A stretch of DNA of 64,000 nucleotides from Hormiphora californensis. Lineage: Eukaryota; Animalia; Ctenophora. Below are positions 13,444 through 28,406 of this stretch, one piece after another. The notes under the pieces were generated by a model. The model saw nothing but the letters and a program-made list of their open reading frames with translations. It ran no database searches and was not told where the DNA came from. The stretch's first letter is position 1. Each line of letters begins with the position of its first letter. The position numbers and the translations under genes are program-made. The stretch is from assembly GCA_020137815.1 (NCBI GenBank), contig CM035359.1, positions 1,612,001 to 1,676,000 on the forward strand. Direction: 5' to 3'.

Positions 13444-15657
13444 AGCCTTTAACATGAATTGTATCATCGCCCTCAAAGGGTTAAACAATGGAAGCCTAAG
13501 AGACCAACACAAGGGGTTGGATCCATCGCATCCTATTCTCGCTCCGCGAATAATAGGATCCCGGCCCGTTGAGAGCAAGAACTCACGTGCGCGCGATATA
13601 AAGCACGTTTTCAGCAGATCGCGCGTGATAGACCGTTTCTGGAGACCTTTTTAGCTGACCTAGCACTACTCAAAGGTCAATTATGGCCTCATTTCGCATC
13701 GTGATGAATCGGCGGGTATTTTCCCATACTCACAAGGCCATGAAGATTCCCCCAGTACCCGCAGATTGCCCCAGGACCGAGTAGGAGCTTGCAGCCAGGT
13801 CTTTAAATAATTGCTCATGTTTAGCGTCAATTTTGACCCACTATTCCCCAAATGCTGATGCTCGCGGGTATTTTCCGTAAAACTAGAGACAATTATCTGC
13901 CAAGAGCAACAAACGAGATGCAAATCGGTTCAGTAGTTCCTTGCAGCCAGGTCTTTGAAAAAGTTTGCTCTAAAATCAATAACGGGCCGGAGGCCTAGAT
14001 GTGAGATCGATCTCGGTCGCTGCGCGACCTCGATCTCACTCAGGCATCAATGTGGCCAACACAAGGGGGGGGGGAGAGGTTAGAACCAACAGAACTACAC
14101 TAAGTTGGCGATACCTAGATACCACACCTCCAAACAACAAAGCAAGGTATAAATCGAGGTTTGACTGTGCATCGAATCGTCTGCAACGAAGCTAGCTGAA
14201 CCGCTATGTCTTGCTCAGAGCTTCGAGACATCTGTCTGAATCAAACACTCCTTTAATGTAAGAACAATAGAGCTTATGTTACCGACTCTAATTAGGGGTA
14301 CCGGTGTTCACAAGGGCCAACGTTGTACACGGCCGAGAAAACTTCTAATTTTTTAGAAATCTGATAACAAATGCCCGTGCTTTATTTTTTTTCTCAGCTG
14401 GTCAAGTAGATACCTACAGTCTCATTACTGTATTACTGTAATTCCATTACGGTAATGCCACTACAAGCGGCAGCGTAACGATATAGCACCCCGATAAACC
14501 GGATATAATCGGACTGTATGAATAAAGTGATGATAGATACAATGGGGTCTAACTATCTGCAAATAATAAAAGGAAAGAGTGAGAAGAAAGCGAGGGAGTG
14601 CCGGAGCGTGTCGTTAAGCGTGTCATGGCTAGTGTGTCATGACTTGTGCTGTTGAACAATACTAGTCATGGCCATATGTTGAGCTGTACTTCTGGTGTTA
14701 ATACAATGGCACACGTGCTATTCGGGGATAGCTTTGGGCTTGGTCTCATGGTTTTATATTCTAGCACTCTCGTTGTAATGACTGCAATGTCTATTGGTGT
14801 AATTGAGACGTGTCTCAGCAGTAACAATGTGCGACATTACTTAATACATGTACACAATATAACTCAGAAAGAATAGAATGTAATACAGTTGGACCCCGAT
14901 TAGAGATTAACAGGTCCTCGATTTACCATAACCCCTGAATAATATATTAGATTAGAATGGCGATGACCAATAGCAATCGAGCAAACATGGGGTTTAGATT
15001 GAAAGTGCCCCTGATCTCTATCTGGTACCATGATACTAGATAGATTAGGGGCTCCTTTCTGAACAGCTTATGAAGATTCTTAGGAACTTTTTTGGCCATT
15101 TTAGGAAGAAAGTTAGAGAGTTAAGAAGATTGTTGTGCACCCATTACATCATGACCCTATCTCGATCTGTAACTTTCATCTCATCTTTATGTCGCAAAAA
15201 CTGCAATCTGCATTTAAAATGAGTTTTACATGCAGATCTGTTATGAGCTATCAGTTATCAGTAGCCAGCAAATCAGGTTGTTCTCAACTGCTAGATAAAA
15301 GGCATCTCTCAATAAATTGGGTCCGAACTATGATGGAAAAAGGTGAAATTGAAAATCGATATGTATGCCCGGATTAGAAATCAGGAAACATAATGCAACA
15401 TAACGTTCTCGTTTAAATAAGTATGTATATAAAATATTATAGTGATTCATTCAAAGAAACGAGTTACCTGGAGTTGGTGTGAGCATCAATACAACCTCAA
15501 TTTACCAAACCTTAATATACCACAACGTTGTTTGATTTTAAATTTGTCTATATGCCTAACAAGAGTGCGAGTCGTGACCTTAATTGAGTAAGTATTTACG
15601 TTCAAATGCAAATGATCGGTGGTTGGTTCGATATAACTCCAACCAGTGGTAGATAAA

Positions 15658-15791
<134 letters not shown>

Positions 15792-16296
15792 AGAGATAGG
15801 AGGCAGAGGTAGTCGAGGGAAAGAGTAGATTTGAGGATGTAATAGTAACGTCGTAAAATGGTTTGACTGTAAAATTTATATGTATTCAAATAATTACAGT
15901 TCGGAACAAAATTTTTAATATCTTCTTCGGCTTCTTCGGTTTCATAATATAAGACTGTCCTCTTCGTACCGGGCGAGCAGCGTACGTGAGGTGCTAATGC
16001 AAGATGTTAGCATTCAGTGCCTGACAAAGGAATGTTGTTTTTGGTTTATCTCGTTCAATGGCTGTATAAATATATGCTGAATGCGAGTTCGAGACTATAG
16101 AGAAGTGGTCAAAATGTCTCGACTACATCGTGGACAACCCTCCCCGCAGCATGCGTCACAGTGGCTGCAAAGTATTAGTAATCTTCACATATTTTCAAAA
16201 CAAAAAACCTCTGTCCAGTCATTGCTGACACACATACAATGACCTGTTCTGGTTATACCTATATCTCCGATCCTTTCTCTTCACTACATTCTTTTA

Positions 16297-17225
16297 GTGG
16301 GAGACACTAGCGTGGTACGCACAAAAATGTGTGCCACACCAATTTTTTTTTTTTCTAAAACACGCAAAAAAGTTTTTCAAGATCGACTTTTCACGTTTTG
16401 GCTCATAACTCCTGTTCCTGAGGCTATAAGCATACTGATCGTGATGATCATAATCAGGTCAGTGTGCGGACGTTTTGTTGGTCACCATCAAAGGAGCGCA
16501 CACACTGATGGTTATCATCATGATGGAGGCTTGATGCATCATGATGTTCTCAAACCATAGTGTGTTCACGTTTGATCATCATAAACCATAGTGTGCACTG
16601 TGCGCACGTTTGATCATCATAAACCATGCTCAACTTGCTGGAACTTGCCTTTTGATCATGATCATCATGACCAGTGTGCTCAGCATGATGATGATATCTC
16701 CCCCCTTGCCTAGTCGCGCGCCTCTGAGAGGCTGTTGCATATCACGTGACCTGTACAACAGCCTCTCAGAGCGCGCGAAGTCGTACCACGTGGTACATAT
16801 CACATGACTACAGTGCCAGCCCTCCATAAGAATAAGATCAGAACGTGCGCACACTAGGTGTTGATATCATCATCCAACTTAAGAGACGGCTCCAGGGCCA
16901 GCTCTTACGTGATGATCATAATGTTCCGCACACTGCAGTTTTTTGCAGATGATGATGATCAAAACCATGAGCACACTTCATCTTTTTAACTGATTATGAT
17001 CATCACGATCAGTATGCTTATAGCCTGATATGACTTCAAACTTTCGCCATTCGATGGGGGCTTGAAATTTCCTTTCCAACGGTACCCAAACGATTTCTGT
17101 GGCTTATCAGGAACCGGAGATATGATCAATTATGATAATGCCGAAGTCAAGACAGGAGTTGTGAGCCAAAACGTGAAAAGTCGATCGAAAAACTTTTTTG
17201 TGTGTACCACGCTAGTGTCTCCCAC
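16297..17225. mobile_element. TA-flanked MITE (Tc1/mariner-like) carrying a nested element
   Basis: TIR gtgggagacactagcgtggtac/gtaccacgctagtgtctcccac with TA on both sides. Confidence 0.75.
16422..17025. mobile_element. PIF/Harbinger-like MITE nested in 16297-17225, 3-bp TSD TGA
   Basis: 36-bp TIR ggctataagcatactgatcgtgatgatcataatcag, TGA at 16419-16421 and 17026-17028, and a central GC-rich palindrome at ~16714-16779. The copy at 5335 lacks this insert. Confidence 0.7.
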
Positions 17226-17584
17226 TATTAGGGATGAATAATCCTTCCAAAATTGATTAACAAGCCGGAATTCGATTATATAATAACATAAAAATACAAG
17301 CCAATCCAAACATATGCAAAATGCCGGTGGTGTTGGCAAAGTAATTATACATAAACTCTTCACGTGTATTCTTGATGCAATGGATGTATGATATATACGA
17401 CCATGCGATCCAAGAAGATGAGAAATATGAATTCTTTCTGCAGTATATTGAGGGGTATATATTATATATAATAGTGCAGCTTGCTGGTTTGAATATCTTT
17501 TTAATTAAGATACTTCCACCGGTACTTTCATGATCGTCAAGTGTAGTCAAAATTTAAATCATCTTGATAAATCATTGTAGAATA

Positions 17585-18350
17585 GCACTTCTTCAAAGTT
17601 CAAATTTTAAGATTAAGTTTATTACAACAAGTTTTGTGGAGGGGGGGGGGGGGCTATATCTTACTTATCAACTTCTTCTTGCCGTCCTTTTTTAATATTA
17701 ATAGATTCAAAGTTCAAATTTTAAGATTAATTAAAACTAATTATTATACATATATTCTGATTCATACATCAGTTTGAATTAAATACATTTATATGGTCTA
17801 TTATATAGATAAATGTTTTATAACTTTCTGATATTTTCTAATACATTTAATCCTAAAATTTATGTACTTTCATCGTCAAGTAGTCAAAATTTAAATTTTC
17901 TTGATAAACTACATTGTAAAATGCTGTGTTGTAAAAGTTCAACTCTTATTAGCCCTGTGACGTCCTAGTCCTATAAATTTTTGCAAACAATAGCTCAGCT
18001 CAGCAACTATACCATCTGGCATGGTTCCTATATAAAACAACAAAGGGTGCTAATTGTTTTATATTTGCTACATTGGCACTATATCAGCTCTATAGTAGAC
18101 GTTTTGTGGTGGGGGGGGGGGCTATATCTTACTTCTCAACGTTTTCTTACCTTCCTTTTTAATCTTCAAAGTTCAAATTTTAAGATTAAGTTTATTACAG
18201 CAAGTTTTGTGGAGGGGGGGGGGGGCTATATATTACTTCCCAACTTCTTCTTGCCGTCCTTTTTAATAGATTCAAAGTTCAAATTTTAAGATTAATTAAA
18301 ATTAATTATTATACATATTCTGATTCATACATCAGTTTGAATTAAATACA
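17585..18350. repeat. Local tandem segmental duplication
   Basis: cttcaaagttcaaattttaagattaag...ggggggggctatat...attaaataca occurs at ~17591-17790 and ~18165-18350, with a partial third copy at ~18100-18165. Confidence 0.75.
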
Positions 18351-18991
18351 CTAGTAAGCCCGTTCGCCCTACGGGCGAATGTCGGGGATGGTCAATGGTC
18401 AATGGTCATACAGTAAACTAAGCAAATAGTGTAGTATCATTTGAAATTTTTAAAATCAGTAAATTTATCAGGTAAATTAACCACAGCGATTCTTTCGACA
18501 GAAAAACCACGGGTACTCTTTTGCCAGGTCCTGAAGTATTTTATGAAGGAGCACATTTGCAAAATACTTTCACGTATTACTGCCATTTCTTATTAGTGCC
18601 ATTGATACTTTGTTATTACGTGTGTTGACAACATTTTTTGAATAATAATAACCTCTTTTGTAGGATTCTATCACGTAGTCTATAGGCGTCAGCGCCAGTT
18701 TGGGACATATGGCTCCTCCAAACTCGCTGGCGATTGTGTTGAAGTTGAGTAGTCATGTTCACGAAACGTGGTGAACAGGGGGTGAACAGATCAAATCGAG
18801 CAAACGATCAATCACACAACCGGCAGAGAGATGAATCAAGGATGCACGTGCAGTTTAAGGCTCAAGCTGGCAGGTTGCCAGGGTCCCTCTAGGGACAACA
18901 CGTGCAAAAGGCCATTTCCAGGAATTTTGTGCCATATTTGGTAAAAAAACCATCACCCATCATTTCCCTATTTGCTTTAATAATAGTATGA
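18351..18991 (-). mobile_element. Non-autonomous Helitron
   Basis: On the minus strand it begins TCATACTATTATTAAAG and ends with hairpin ttcgcccgtagggcgaa followed by CTAG. It sits between A and T with no TSD. The uninterrupted paralogous site aaatacatttatatggtcta is at ~17781-17800. Confidence 0.8.
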
Positions 18992-20665
18992 TTTATATGG
19001 TCTATATTATAGATCAATGTGTTATAAGCTTCTGATAATTTCTAATACGTTTAATCCTAAAATGTGCCGCATTACAAACAATAATTTATGAATGTTTAGA
19101 GGTTTTATATAATTATTACAGATTACTATATAATTCATAATGCAGAAAGCATATTTGAATTCAAACTGTCGCAAAATACTAGTAGTTATGTGTTTTGATA
19201 TTTCTCTTATTGAGCACTTAACAGTGAACAAAAACTTTGTCTCAAAATTGATCAGTTTTTGGAAGTGATTTAGGTGTTGTCAGTCTATATAGCAGCTACA
19301 CTAATTCTATACAAATTTACACTTACAGAGCCTGTCACGCGAGCAAGTGTGGCATATGTAATGTCTTGATGATTTGCTTTTCGTATTTCTTGAAGCATAT
19401 ATAATAAAATGCGGAAGAATAGCTAGTATTATATAGGTATAGTAGTATAAGTAGTATTTATATTAGTAAGTTGGACAATATACTGTGCAGCTCTTAGTAA
19501 AATCTCTATTCAAGTGCGGGTGAGCACTGAGCAATGTCGAGTCTGTATATAAAGAGTCTGTGTTATATATATATAATATATAATAGATCCTGTTTACAAG
19601 CCTATAACGTAGTCTTACCAAACTAAACAATATTATCATATTGAAAGTAACCGGCAGCCAGGTTAAAAGTCTACTAGTAGTTTAGGCTTGGCCTTTTCAC
19701 TGGATAAAAACTACAAAAGTAAACGTAGTTACAAGGCAATGCTCCAGTAGCCTATATTATGAGAATGTTTACTAGTATATCTAAGGGTTTCGTGGAAGCT
19801 CTAATAGAGGTTTAATATGACTCCTTAGTAAATAGTAAAACCTATACTGTCTTCCCCTTTACTGATACTAATACTATAGCCAGCTCTACTACTAGCTATA
19901 TAATGATATGAGCCTTCCGAGCCTTTACTAACTTCAGTGAATAAGTTTAGATTTCTCCTCCCGGCTGGACAAAATGATAGACTATTATAATACTATTATT
20001 ATATTACCCTTTATTGGTATAGGCTCCTAGCTACTATGGTCTAGTTACTAGGAGTCCTATACTGCACAAACACATATTATCTACCTATCGGTAAATGAAA
20101 GGCTTTCCGCCGAACAATCTCGGAATAAACCAAGTAGCAAAATGGGGAACATTTCATTCTTCTCATGCCGCAGCTAAAGACTAAGTTTTACTATATTTAT
20201 GCCGACTAAGTTTTACTATATTTATGCCGACTAAGTTTTACTATATTTACTGACGTGTTATATAATAAGGAGTGTTAATTCCCAGAATTCTGACCAAAAT
20301 AAGCAGAAACTGATACTATTCCAAACCACAGAAACTGAATTCACAAGTGGATAATTTTTCAATTTTCATCTAATAAAGTTACACATTTAAAAGTATAAAC
20401 TATAAAAAGCAACTACCATGCAGTGAACGAACATGATAGATAACTGGGTTAATGTATCATCACTCAACTCAACCTATACAGAAGACGATCTTATCTTGAC
20501 TGGATATGGAAAGTTACTTGCTCTCTTTGATTTTCTCATGCTGGGCATAGGTAGGTGATTTATAATGATACATTTTGTGGTCTGTTGGAGAAACAGCAAA
20601 TTTATAGATTTTATATCGGGTTTCGAAATGATATAATATCCCAATATGCTTACTAAAGTACACAT

Positions 20666-21028
20666 GGTAAGCGGTAAATACTCACTCGGTTCTTCACATT
20701 TTTTGGACGTTTTTGGCCATAACTCAGCCATTTCTTGACCAATTTGCAAAATCTTGGGCTTATTAGAAAAAGGACATTAAGACCTTTAAAATGAACCCTA
20801 GAAAATGAAAATCGGCGCAAAATGCGCGGCGTTATGGCGTAAAATGCGCGTTTTCGCCATAGCGCCGCGCATTTTGCGCCGATTTTCATTTTGTAGGGCT
20901 CATTTTAAAGGTCTTAATGTCCTCTTTCCAATGAGCCCAAGATTTTGCAAATTGGTCAAGAAATGGCTGAGTTATGGCCAAAAACGTCCAAAAAATGTGA
21001 AGAACCGAGTGAGTATTTACCGCTTACC
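20666..21028. mobile_element. Fully palindromic MULE/foldback-like MITE, 9-bp TSD AGTACACAT
   Basis: Arms of ~175 bp, ggtaagcggtaaatactcactcgg..., with AGTACACAT at 20657-20665 and 21029-21037. Confidence 0.8.
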
Positions 21029-22698
21029 AGTACACATATACTTATGCACGTATTACAAATCCTATTTTATTTTATAACCTCTACCTAGGTCTCTTTGGCA
21101 ACTCGATAGTCATATACAGCTCCACGAGATACAAAGCCATCTCAATTGATCAGGTCTCAATGGTCTTCCTGGAGAATCTGGCTACCTCCGAAGTGCTCAT
21201 ATTGGTCCTACATAACTTCCCAATTTTCGTCAGCGTTCTTTTCAAGAAGTGGATGTTTGGTAGGTTGAATATATATACACAAATCTTGTCCAAACAAGAT
21301 TAATTGCATTATGTTCTAACATAACGCTGAATTTCCCTGCCGTGTCAATCTATGAAGAAAGGAATTAATGACTAGATTTGCGTGATAGTGATACTCAGAT
21401 AATCAGAACACTAGATTACAGCATAATTTACGGTACAGTCGGACCCCGATTTAGGGACACCCTCGGGGGAAAGGCTCTTGTCCACTAAATCGGGGTGTCC
21501 ACTAAATCGGGGTCCGACTGTACAATTAAGCACGTGGAATAGTGGTTAGTGGTTGGCGATACGAAACACACGCACACTCACGCACACTCACACACACACA
21601 CTCACACACGCCCGTGACATGGCTAGAGAAATATGAACTATATTTTTATCTACTTAACCAGGAATGTGCTTTATAAGTTTGCACACGGAGGATAGCACTC
21701 ACATATTAGTAACTTCGTTACGCATAATATTGTGCTATCCTCCAATCTGCACGCCCATGGAGACATGAGGCCAGATTATGTTCAAAACCGTGTCAAACCG
21801 TGTCAAACCGTGTCACACGCTCACCTTGTATATAATGTATATATTCATTCAAATGTCAAGTTGGTTATTCAGAATGAAGATATCTGAACAAGAATTAAAT
21901 AGGGTAGAATATCGAAAAATACTGGGTTTGACCGGGAATTGAACCAAGTTGGTTAGTTCTTATAGGTAGAAAGTGATGGTAATCACTGCCATTTCAGGAA
22001 GCCGAATAAAAATGCTCCTTTTCTCTTCCATGTGGCCTCAAATATGACTGGTTTAGCGAACGTTTTAATACAGTTGGACCCCGATTTACCGGGCACTCCG
22101 ATTTACCGGGCAAATCCCCTTCCCCGAGCATCCCTGTAAATCAGGGTCCCACTGTATACGAGAAATTTGATTCTAAATTGTTGATTATAAGGTCTATACT
22201 TGCATTTAAATGATATATCAGCTAAAAATGTTGATTTTCACTCTGCTGAGGGTTTGTGAATATTTTCGAATGAATATTAACAATTTAGTATTCATAGTTA
22301 CCGAATCAGTTGCCATTGCAACTGTTCGGCGTACTTTATTGACGTTTTAAGGGACGAAAAGAATCATCTGACAAAGCACGTGCAAATACACGTCTTCCCC
22401 AATCTGTTAAATCTATAGCTCTATGAAAAAAGTTCGACTTCCTGTTTCCAATGAGCCCAAGATTTCTGAAGTTGGTTAAGAAATGACTGGCTGTATTCAA
22501 CGTAAAGTGAAGTTGGATTATGCAGGGGTGCAGTTGGGCTGGGTTAGCTGGGGGGCTACTAGTAGCTACTTGATGAATTCGCTAGTATTTTAATTGAATT
22601 ATTTTGAAAGACTTCTCTAGTATTTTAAAAGACTGAAAGTGTATGTATAAAGAGAAATTTCATTCCAACATGCAATACCCTACTATGTGGCTAGTCAT

Positions 22699-23950
22699 TC
22701 ACAACTGTTTGTTTGCTCTCCACTGGTTAGGCAGGTTCACCATCTCCATCTGGCTCCCCCTCACTTCTATCCCAAACCTCTCCTCCGCAAGCCTCCTAAT
22801 CATTTCCTCCGCTTCCTTGTCCACCACAGCATCAGCTCTAGATCTTAACTTGCCCTTAATCGCCCTGACTCATGGTACTGTTCTTTTGACTATCCTGTGA
22901 CATGGCCTGCAGAGCGATATCCGACCATCGTGTTTCAAGTCCGTTATGTGTCAAAATATGAGTAATAAATTCATTGGGATTGGCTAACAAAGACTCATAG
23001 CTATAGAATGGGAGATCGTCTGGTGACCTCAGGGTGGCTTCGCGAACAAAAACCTGGGTCCTCATCAGGAATCCATGAAGTATAAACTTCATGCCTGTGC
23101 CAACACCAATCCTCGCATTCTCCTCGAGGACTTCTTTACTTATAAAACCAGCTTTTATTAGTTTTTCTTTGATAAGAAATGGCGGTATTTTTTTCGTTTT
23201 TATGAAACCAAATGCTAAATAGGATGATACCGCCATCGGTTTCAATCTCCGATACAGAAACGCCTCTCGTACTCCCGGTAAGACTTTGTGAATCATGGTC
23301 ACGAGCATGTAGGTACCAAAACTGGGCTTTATGAAGTATCTCCTACTGGGGGATTTGGCCAGAAATAGGAGCACCGCTCGGAGCTTCTTCAACGTCACTG
23401 GATCATTAACCAAATCCGGATTTCTTATCACACAGCTTGAGATGTCGAAGAGAGGTCCAGGTTCTGCTAAAACCTGACACTGCCCTGTTCTGTAGATCAT
23501 GTTTGCAACTAGAGTTGATCCACACCGGCCTAAATTGTGAAGAATCCCAATGTTTGAGCCATCCTCGCTTTCCCTGTTTTGTATCATATCCAACGCAAGG
23601 CCCATTGATACCTCTCCCAGTTCAACGGCGTGAGCTTTCTTAGCCCTACACAGCCAGGGAAACGCCCTAACATCGTAAATATCGAATGCCAGGGGTGGTT
23701 CTTGCGAACACAAAGCTTGCTTTGGTGACACAAAACAGATGTACATCCTCCCGTTTCAGCCATTCTAAACCCCGTGTCCTAGTGAACTTGCGTAGAAAGA
23801 GAGCGAGGTTGTTGGCACCTGTATCCAATGCCGGTGTATCGTAATAGAGAACGTCGTAGCAGTTGACTAGGTTATGGGGACCATCAGGAGGGGGATATAT
23901 CAGATTCAGGATGGCCTGGAGCAGTTTCAGACCGTACGACAGGAACATAT
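22699..23950 (-). CDS. P-loop sulfotransferase-like protein (last coding exon, two apparent +1 frameshifts)
   Basis: HNLGRCGSTL PAPS-loop-like motif, plus VLAEP, FIKP, FLYR, SYESLL and AMSQDSQ motifs. The frame switches near 23685 (ORF 23667-23948 to ORF 22856-23746) and near 22865 (continuing AIKGKLRSRADAVVDKEAEEMIRRL...NKQL*). Acceptor gtgtttag at ~23951. Confidence 0.6.
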
Positions 23951-24506
23951 CTAAACACGTGGAAAGCTTATAACAACAACTTAAAACTATTGCATATTTA
24001 TTACGGGGGAGCGATCGGAATTGAAACGTCGTAAATGTCGGAAGAGAAGAATAAGATGTCTGGAGAACTTTTGCATGTTATTTCCTGTGGCCCAATTAAT
24101 TTACCGCGTACCCCGCAGAATACTCGGAGAGATAAAGTCATAAAAATGTTTGGAAGAATCATATAAACTACCGATACGATACAGAATTCCAGTTATAAAA
24201 ACAATTCCAGTTATATGTATATAGAGTACCTATTATATGTCGAGTAACGATATATGTAACCCCCTAGTTCCATGCACCGAGATTCTGCAAAATTTCAGAT
24301 ATTCTTTTGGAATTTTTTGCGAAACTACCGATACAGATTTCCAGTTATATATATAGAGTATATCGAGTTACGATATAATAAAGTTCAACAAAACACGAAC
24401 AAAAGGACGGTACTAAGTCAATTACAGTTGAGTCCCAATCTGTCCTCTTACGAGATTTCTATGTGGACACCACACGTGCCTAGATGCAGAATACATATAT
24501 CTATAT

Positions 24507-24715
24507 ATTATACCAAAACTAATTGAAATTAGTAGGCCGGAAAGGTTGCCCTATGATTTGAGCTACCTTTGCCACCGTAACATTCACGGGGTACTGCAGA
24601 CAGGGTATAACCGATGCTTCTTCTATCTTCAAAAGGGAATGTACTGGTGCCAAAGGTAGCTCAAATCATAGGGCAACCTTTCCGGCCTACTAATTTCAAT
24701 TAGTTTTGGTATAAT
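24507..24715. repeat. Inverted repeat, ~65-bp perfect arms with ~80-bp spacer
   Basis: attataccaaaactaattgaaattagtaggccggaaaggttgccctatgatttgagctacctttg and its reverse complement. Confidence 0.8.
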
Positions 24716-26114
24716 TTGCATCATTTTTGGGATTTTTTATCCATTTAGGTGTAGTAGAACAGTTAAGAAGAGGATGGAATCGCGAATTTGCAAAATTTTC
24801 ATTTTCGACGTCATTTTGACGTCATAAAATGACGTCAAGTCGTTATGACGTCATAATTATGACGTCATATTATCGGGATTACCTAGATGAAGATATTGAC
24901 CAAGTTTGAGATCGATTGGATGAGATTTGAGTCCGCTAATGCGAAAAAACCCATATACATACATGTAGTCATATCTATTTTTAAACAGTCATAACACTTT
25001 AGACCGTCTAAAGTGTTATGACTGTTTTAAGACCCTTATACGTCTAGTTTTGAAAATTCGCGATGTAGTTTCTGAAAGTTCAGACAGTTCTCTTTCCATG
25101 ATATAGCCTTCGATTTTCGATTAGAATCCGTCTTCAGGGTGTAAAATGAGCTCAAAGAATTTTAGAATTGGGACCTCTCATTTCCACTCTATCTCTATTT
25201 CCTAAATATTCCACTGGTGTCCAAGTATCCGAGTGTCCCACTCCCAGGTTGGTCGCGTAGCGACCAACCCCGTAGGGGTGAGGGCGATCGCCCTACGGGC
25301 GCGCGAACATGAGGGGCGCGACGTGCCCAAACTCCCAGGCTGTCTTTGCGTGACCTGCGATTTTTGATCATTACTAGGCTCCATTAAAATGATCATATCT
25401 CATCGAAAAATAGGTTAAAATGGTTCAAACAAAAACAGTGTTATAGAGAATTGTCAGGAGAACATTTTGGTTGGAAGATCTTCGTTCCAAGTCGTACCAA
25501 TAGTCAGCTATATCAAAAATACGTGTTTCTTAAATCCGCCCGAGGTTCAAGTTTTGAAAAATTCACAAATGCAAAGTTACTCTAACATAATAATAAACAA
25601 CACTAACCAGCCCAAAGTATTTAAAGCACACATTCTTGGCGAAGTTTCAACAGTGCGGGGCACATTGCATCAGTTTGATCAGATTGAACAGCCTATAATA
25701 TCATACACAGCCTAAAATCGGCAAAGCTGATCAAAATTGTATCACATCTATCAATGTTAGACTTAGAGTCTAGAGATTCAAAATGTCTAGAGATTCAAAA
25801 TGTACTGTTTGGGAGTAGGTTCGAGAATTACAACGTCTGTCGTCACCCTGATCAAATTAATTTCAAACCCCTAACAAGCCATGCAACGTACAAATTAATT
25901 TGGGCTGACGAGTTAATTCTCTAATGACCCCAGAAAAATCCCTCATCGAGTATCGACCCCCTACCATGGACATTCCTAGTTTTCCAACTTCATCTAACCC
26001 AGTAACCCACTATCTATTTAAAATGTACAAGCGTTTGATTTATTCAACAATAATGCATTATGTCAGGTTCTAACCCTAAACATGGGGTCGAGCAATGCAA
26101 TAAGTAAATATGTA

Positions 26115-26999
26115 CCGTGTGCGGCAAAAAAAAAGCCCCCCCCCCTAGACCACCATAGTTGCCGATGTGGTGGAGAGCTGTAACTTGGCAGGGTTGCTCC
26201 ACTATGTCTATCTTGATCCTGACAGAAAAATCAGAGCTCTAGCTCAAAATTCATTTTTTTGATAGGAATGAACATTGTCATTCATTCCAAGAAAAAAATA
26301 TTTTCGGTCCAGAATTCAAGCAATTATCTTTGGCCATCGATTAGCTTTCCAATGTGACCAAGATCATCTAAATTGGGCAACCACAAGAGACACAGTGTCA
26401 TCTTTCTTAAATTTAATCAGGTCATGTGATCTTCACCGAATCGTTGAGTGTTCAGTATTACGAATCGGTCTAAGTGGTAGAGAATCACGTATCACGGCTA
26501 CTAATGAGGGATGACGATGCTGATTGGTCATGAGATCTGTAGCTCTTTGATAAATGTCCTCTTTCCTCGAATCACATTACCCTGTATTGGTACACATACC
26601 TCATTAGCGGCCGTGATACGAGATTCCTCTGCCCATTGGCTCGATTAGCAATCCCGGATAATCAACGATTCGGTGAAGATCACATGACCTGACTAACTTT
26701 AAGAAACATGACACTGTGTCTCTTGTGGTTGCCCAATTTAGATGATCTTGGTCACATTGGAAAGCTAATCGATGGCCAAAGATAATTGCTTGAATTCTGG
26801 ACCGAAAATATTTTTTTCTTGGAATGAATGACAATGTTCATTCCTATCAAAAAAATGAATTTTGAGCTAGAGCTCTGATTTTTCTGTCAGGATCAAGATA
26901 GACATAGTGGAGCAACCCTGCCAAGTTACAGCTCTCCACCACATCGGCAACTATGGTGGTCTAGGGGGGGGGGGGGGGGGCTTTTTTTGCCGCACACGG
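26115..26999. mobile_element. Large palindromic TA-flanked MITE (Tc1/pogo-like)
   Basis: Arms of >300 bp, near identical (ccgtgtgcggcaaaaaaa...), with TA both sides. This explains the mirror ORFs 26275-26514 and 26604-26834. Confidence 0.85.
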
Positions 27000-27125
27000 T
27001 AGTTCAGTCGGACCCCGATTTACCGGGATGCTCGGGGGAAAGGGCTTTCCCCGGTACATCGGGGCCCGACTGTATATTATGATTGATTCACACCCCAATG
27101 CTGGTTATTTCATGTACAATTTCGC

Positions 27126-27212
27126 ACCTAATAGTGGCCTACCTAATAGTGGCATACCTAATAGTGGCATACCTAATAGTGGCATACCTAATAGTGGCCT
27201 ACCTAATAGTGG
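27126..27212. repeat. 15-bp minisatellite (ACCTAATAGTGGCMT)~6
   Basis: Direct inspection. It yields the PNSGI repeats of a spurious ORF. Confidence 0.85.
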
Positions 27213-28109
27213 CTCACTATATAAATTAGTGGATGGTGAAATTTTGAGGAAAAGTATGTATGTTTTACACCATGCTTGGTCAATACTTGAGTATATACGA
27301 TATTATTACAGTATAGATGGTCCTATTGCAGCTGTTATAAGAGGCGTAACAGAAAAAGCATTATATAGCACTTATATATTATGAAGCATGTCATATGCAA
27401 TACAATATAATATGCGGGCAGCAATTGTCACGAGTGAAGCAGGAGCCCAATTTGTTGTCGCATACCAATATGTTATATAGGTTCGAGCCAGTGCCATGGT
27501 ACTAGCAGAGTGATCGTGTTAGTAAATATAAGGTGTGAAACAGCTTTCAGTATGTGCTTTGATCATTGTGCGATACAAGTTCTATTGTAATGATTCTTGA
27601 TTCTGGGAAATAGCCTTTGTTCACATCCTGTTCATATATAATAAAATATTGGTCAACTGATTCTTGCATAGCTATAATTAGTACCTATATTCATATTCAC
27701 GACTCACAACCATACCATACAGTCAGACACCGGTTTGGGTTGACCAAAGTAACCTACATCATTTGAAACATTTGAAATAAAAATGGCATATCATACTGTA
27801 TACATTATGATCAGCTGGTCGGACTGGTTAGGGAGGGGGCATTATTATTTGTTGACTATATTGACAATATTTGTTGACTATAAATAAGTGGTGAATCAAG
27901 GAATGTACCGTATCACACCTGTTCTTGCACCACACAGCTGGATGTAGCTACTAGTTGTTTTATATTTCATCTAACCCACATAACTCATATTGTGTGTGTG
28001 ACGTGTGTGTGACGTGTGCGTATATTCAACTCCAAAGGGATTAAGAAATAAGGGATAAATAACGTGTTTTAAAAGTTGTGCTCCGTCTGCAAAAAGCGTT
28101 GCCTACGAC

Positions 28110-28287
28110 CCCTACCAGAATTTAGTTCGACGTTCACATGTGGATCAATCAAAAATCGATTGATAAACGATTGATAAACGAAAGTTTTGTCAATCGTTCG
28201 TCGCTTTGATCAATTGATTAACGATCGTCCAACGACTGTCGATCACTTGACTAAACGCTTGCTTCGTGGAACTAAATTCTGGTAGGG
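28110..28287. mobile_element. Small MITE-like inverted repeat
   Basis: ccctaccagaatttagttc/gaactaaattctggtaggg termini around a cgat/tgat-rich interior. Confidence 0.55.
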
Positions 28288-28406
28288 ATGCGGTCTTAGA
28301 CGCAGGATCCGCTAACATATAATATGTCGATTGCTTTATTCACGCGTCTAGGTCCGCATCGTTGGCGGTGCTGTGCGGGCGGAAAATATGAACACCACTC
28401 CACTGT

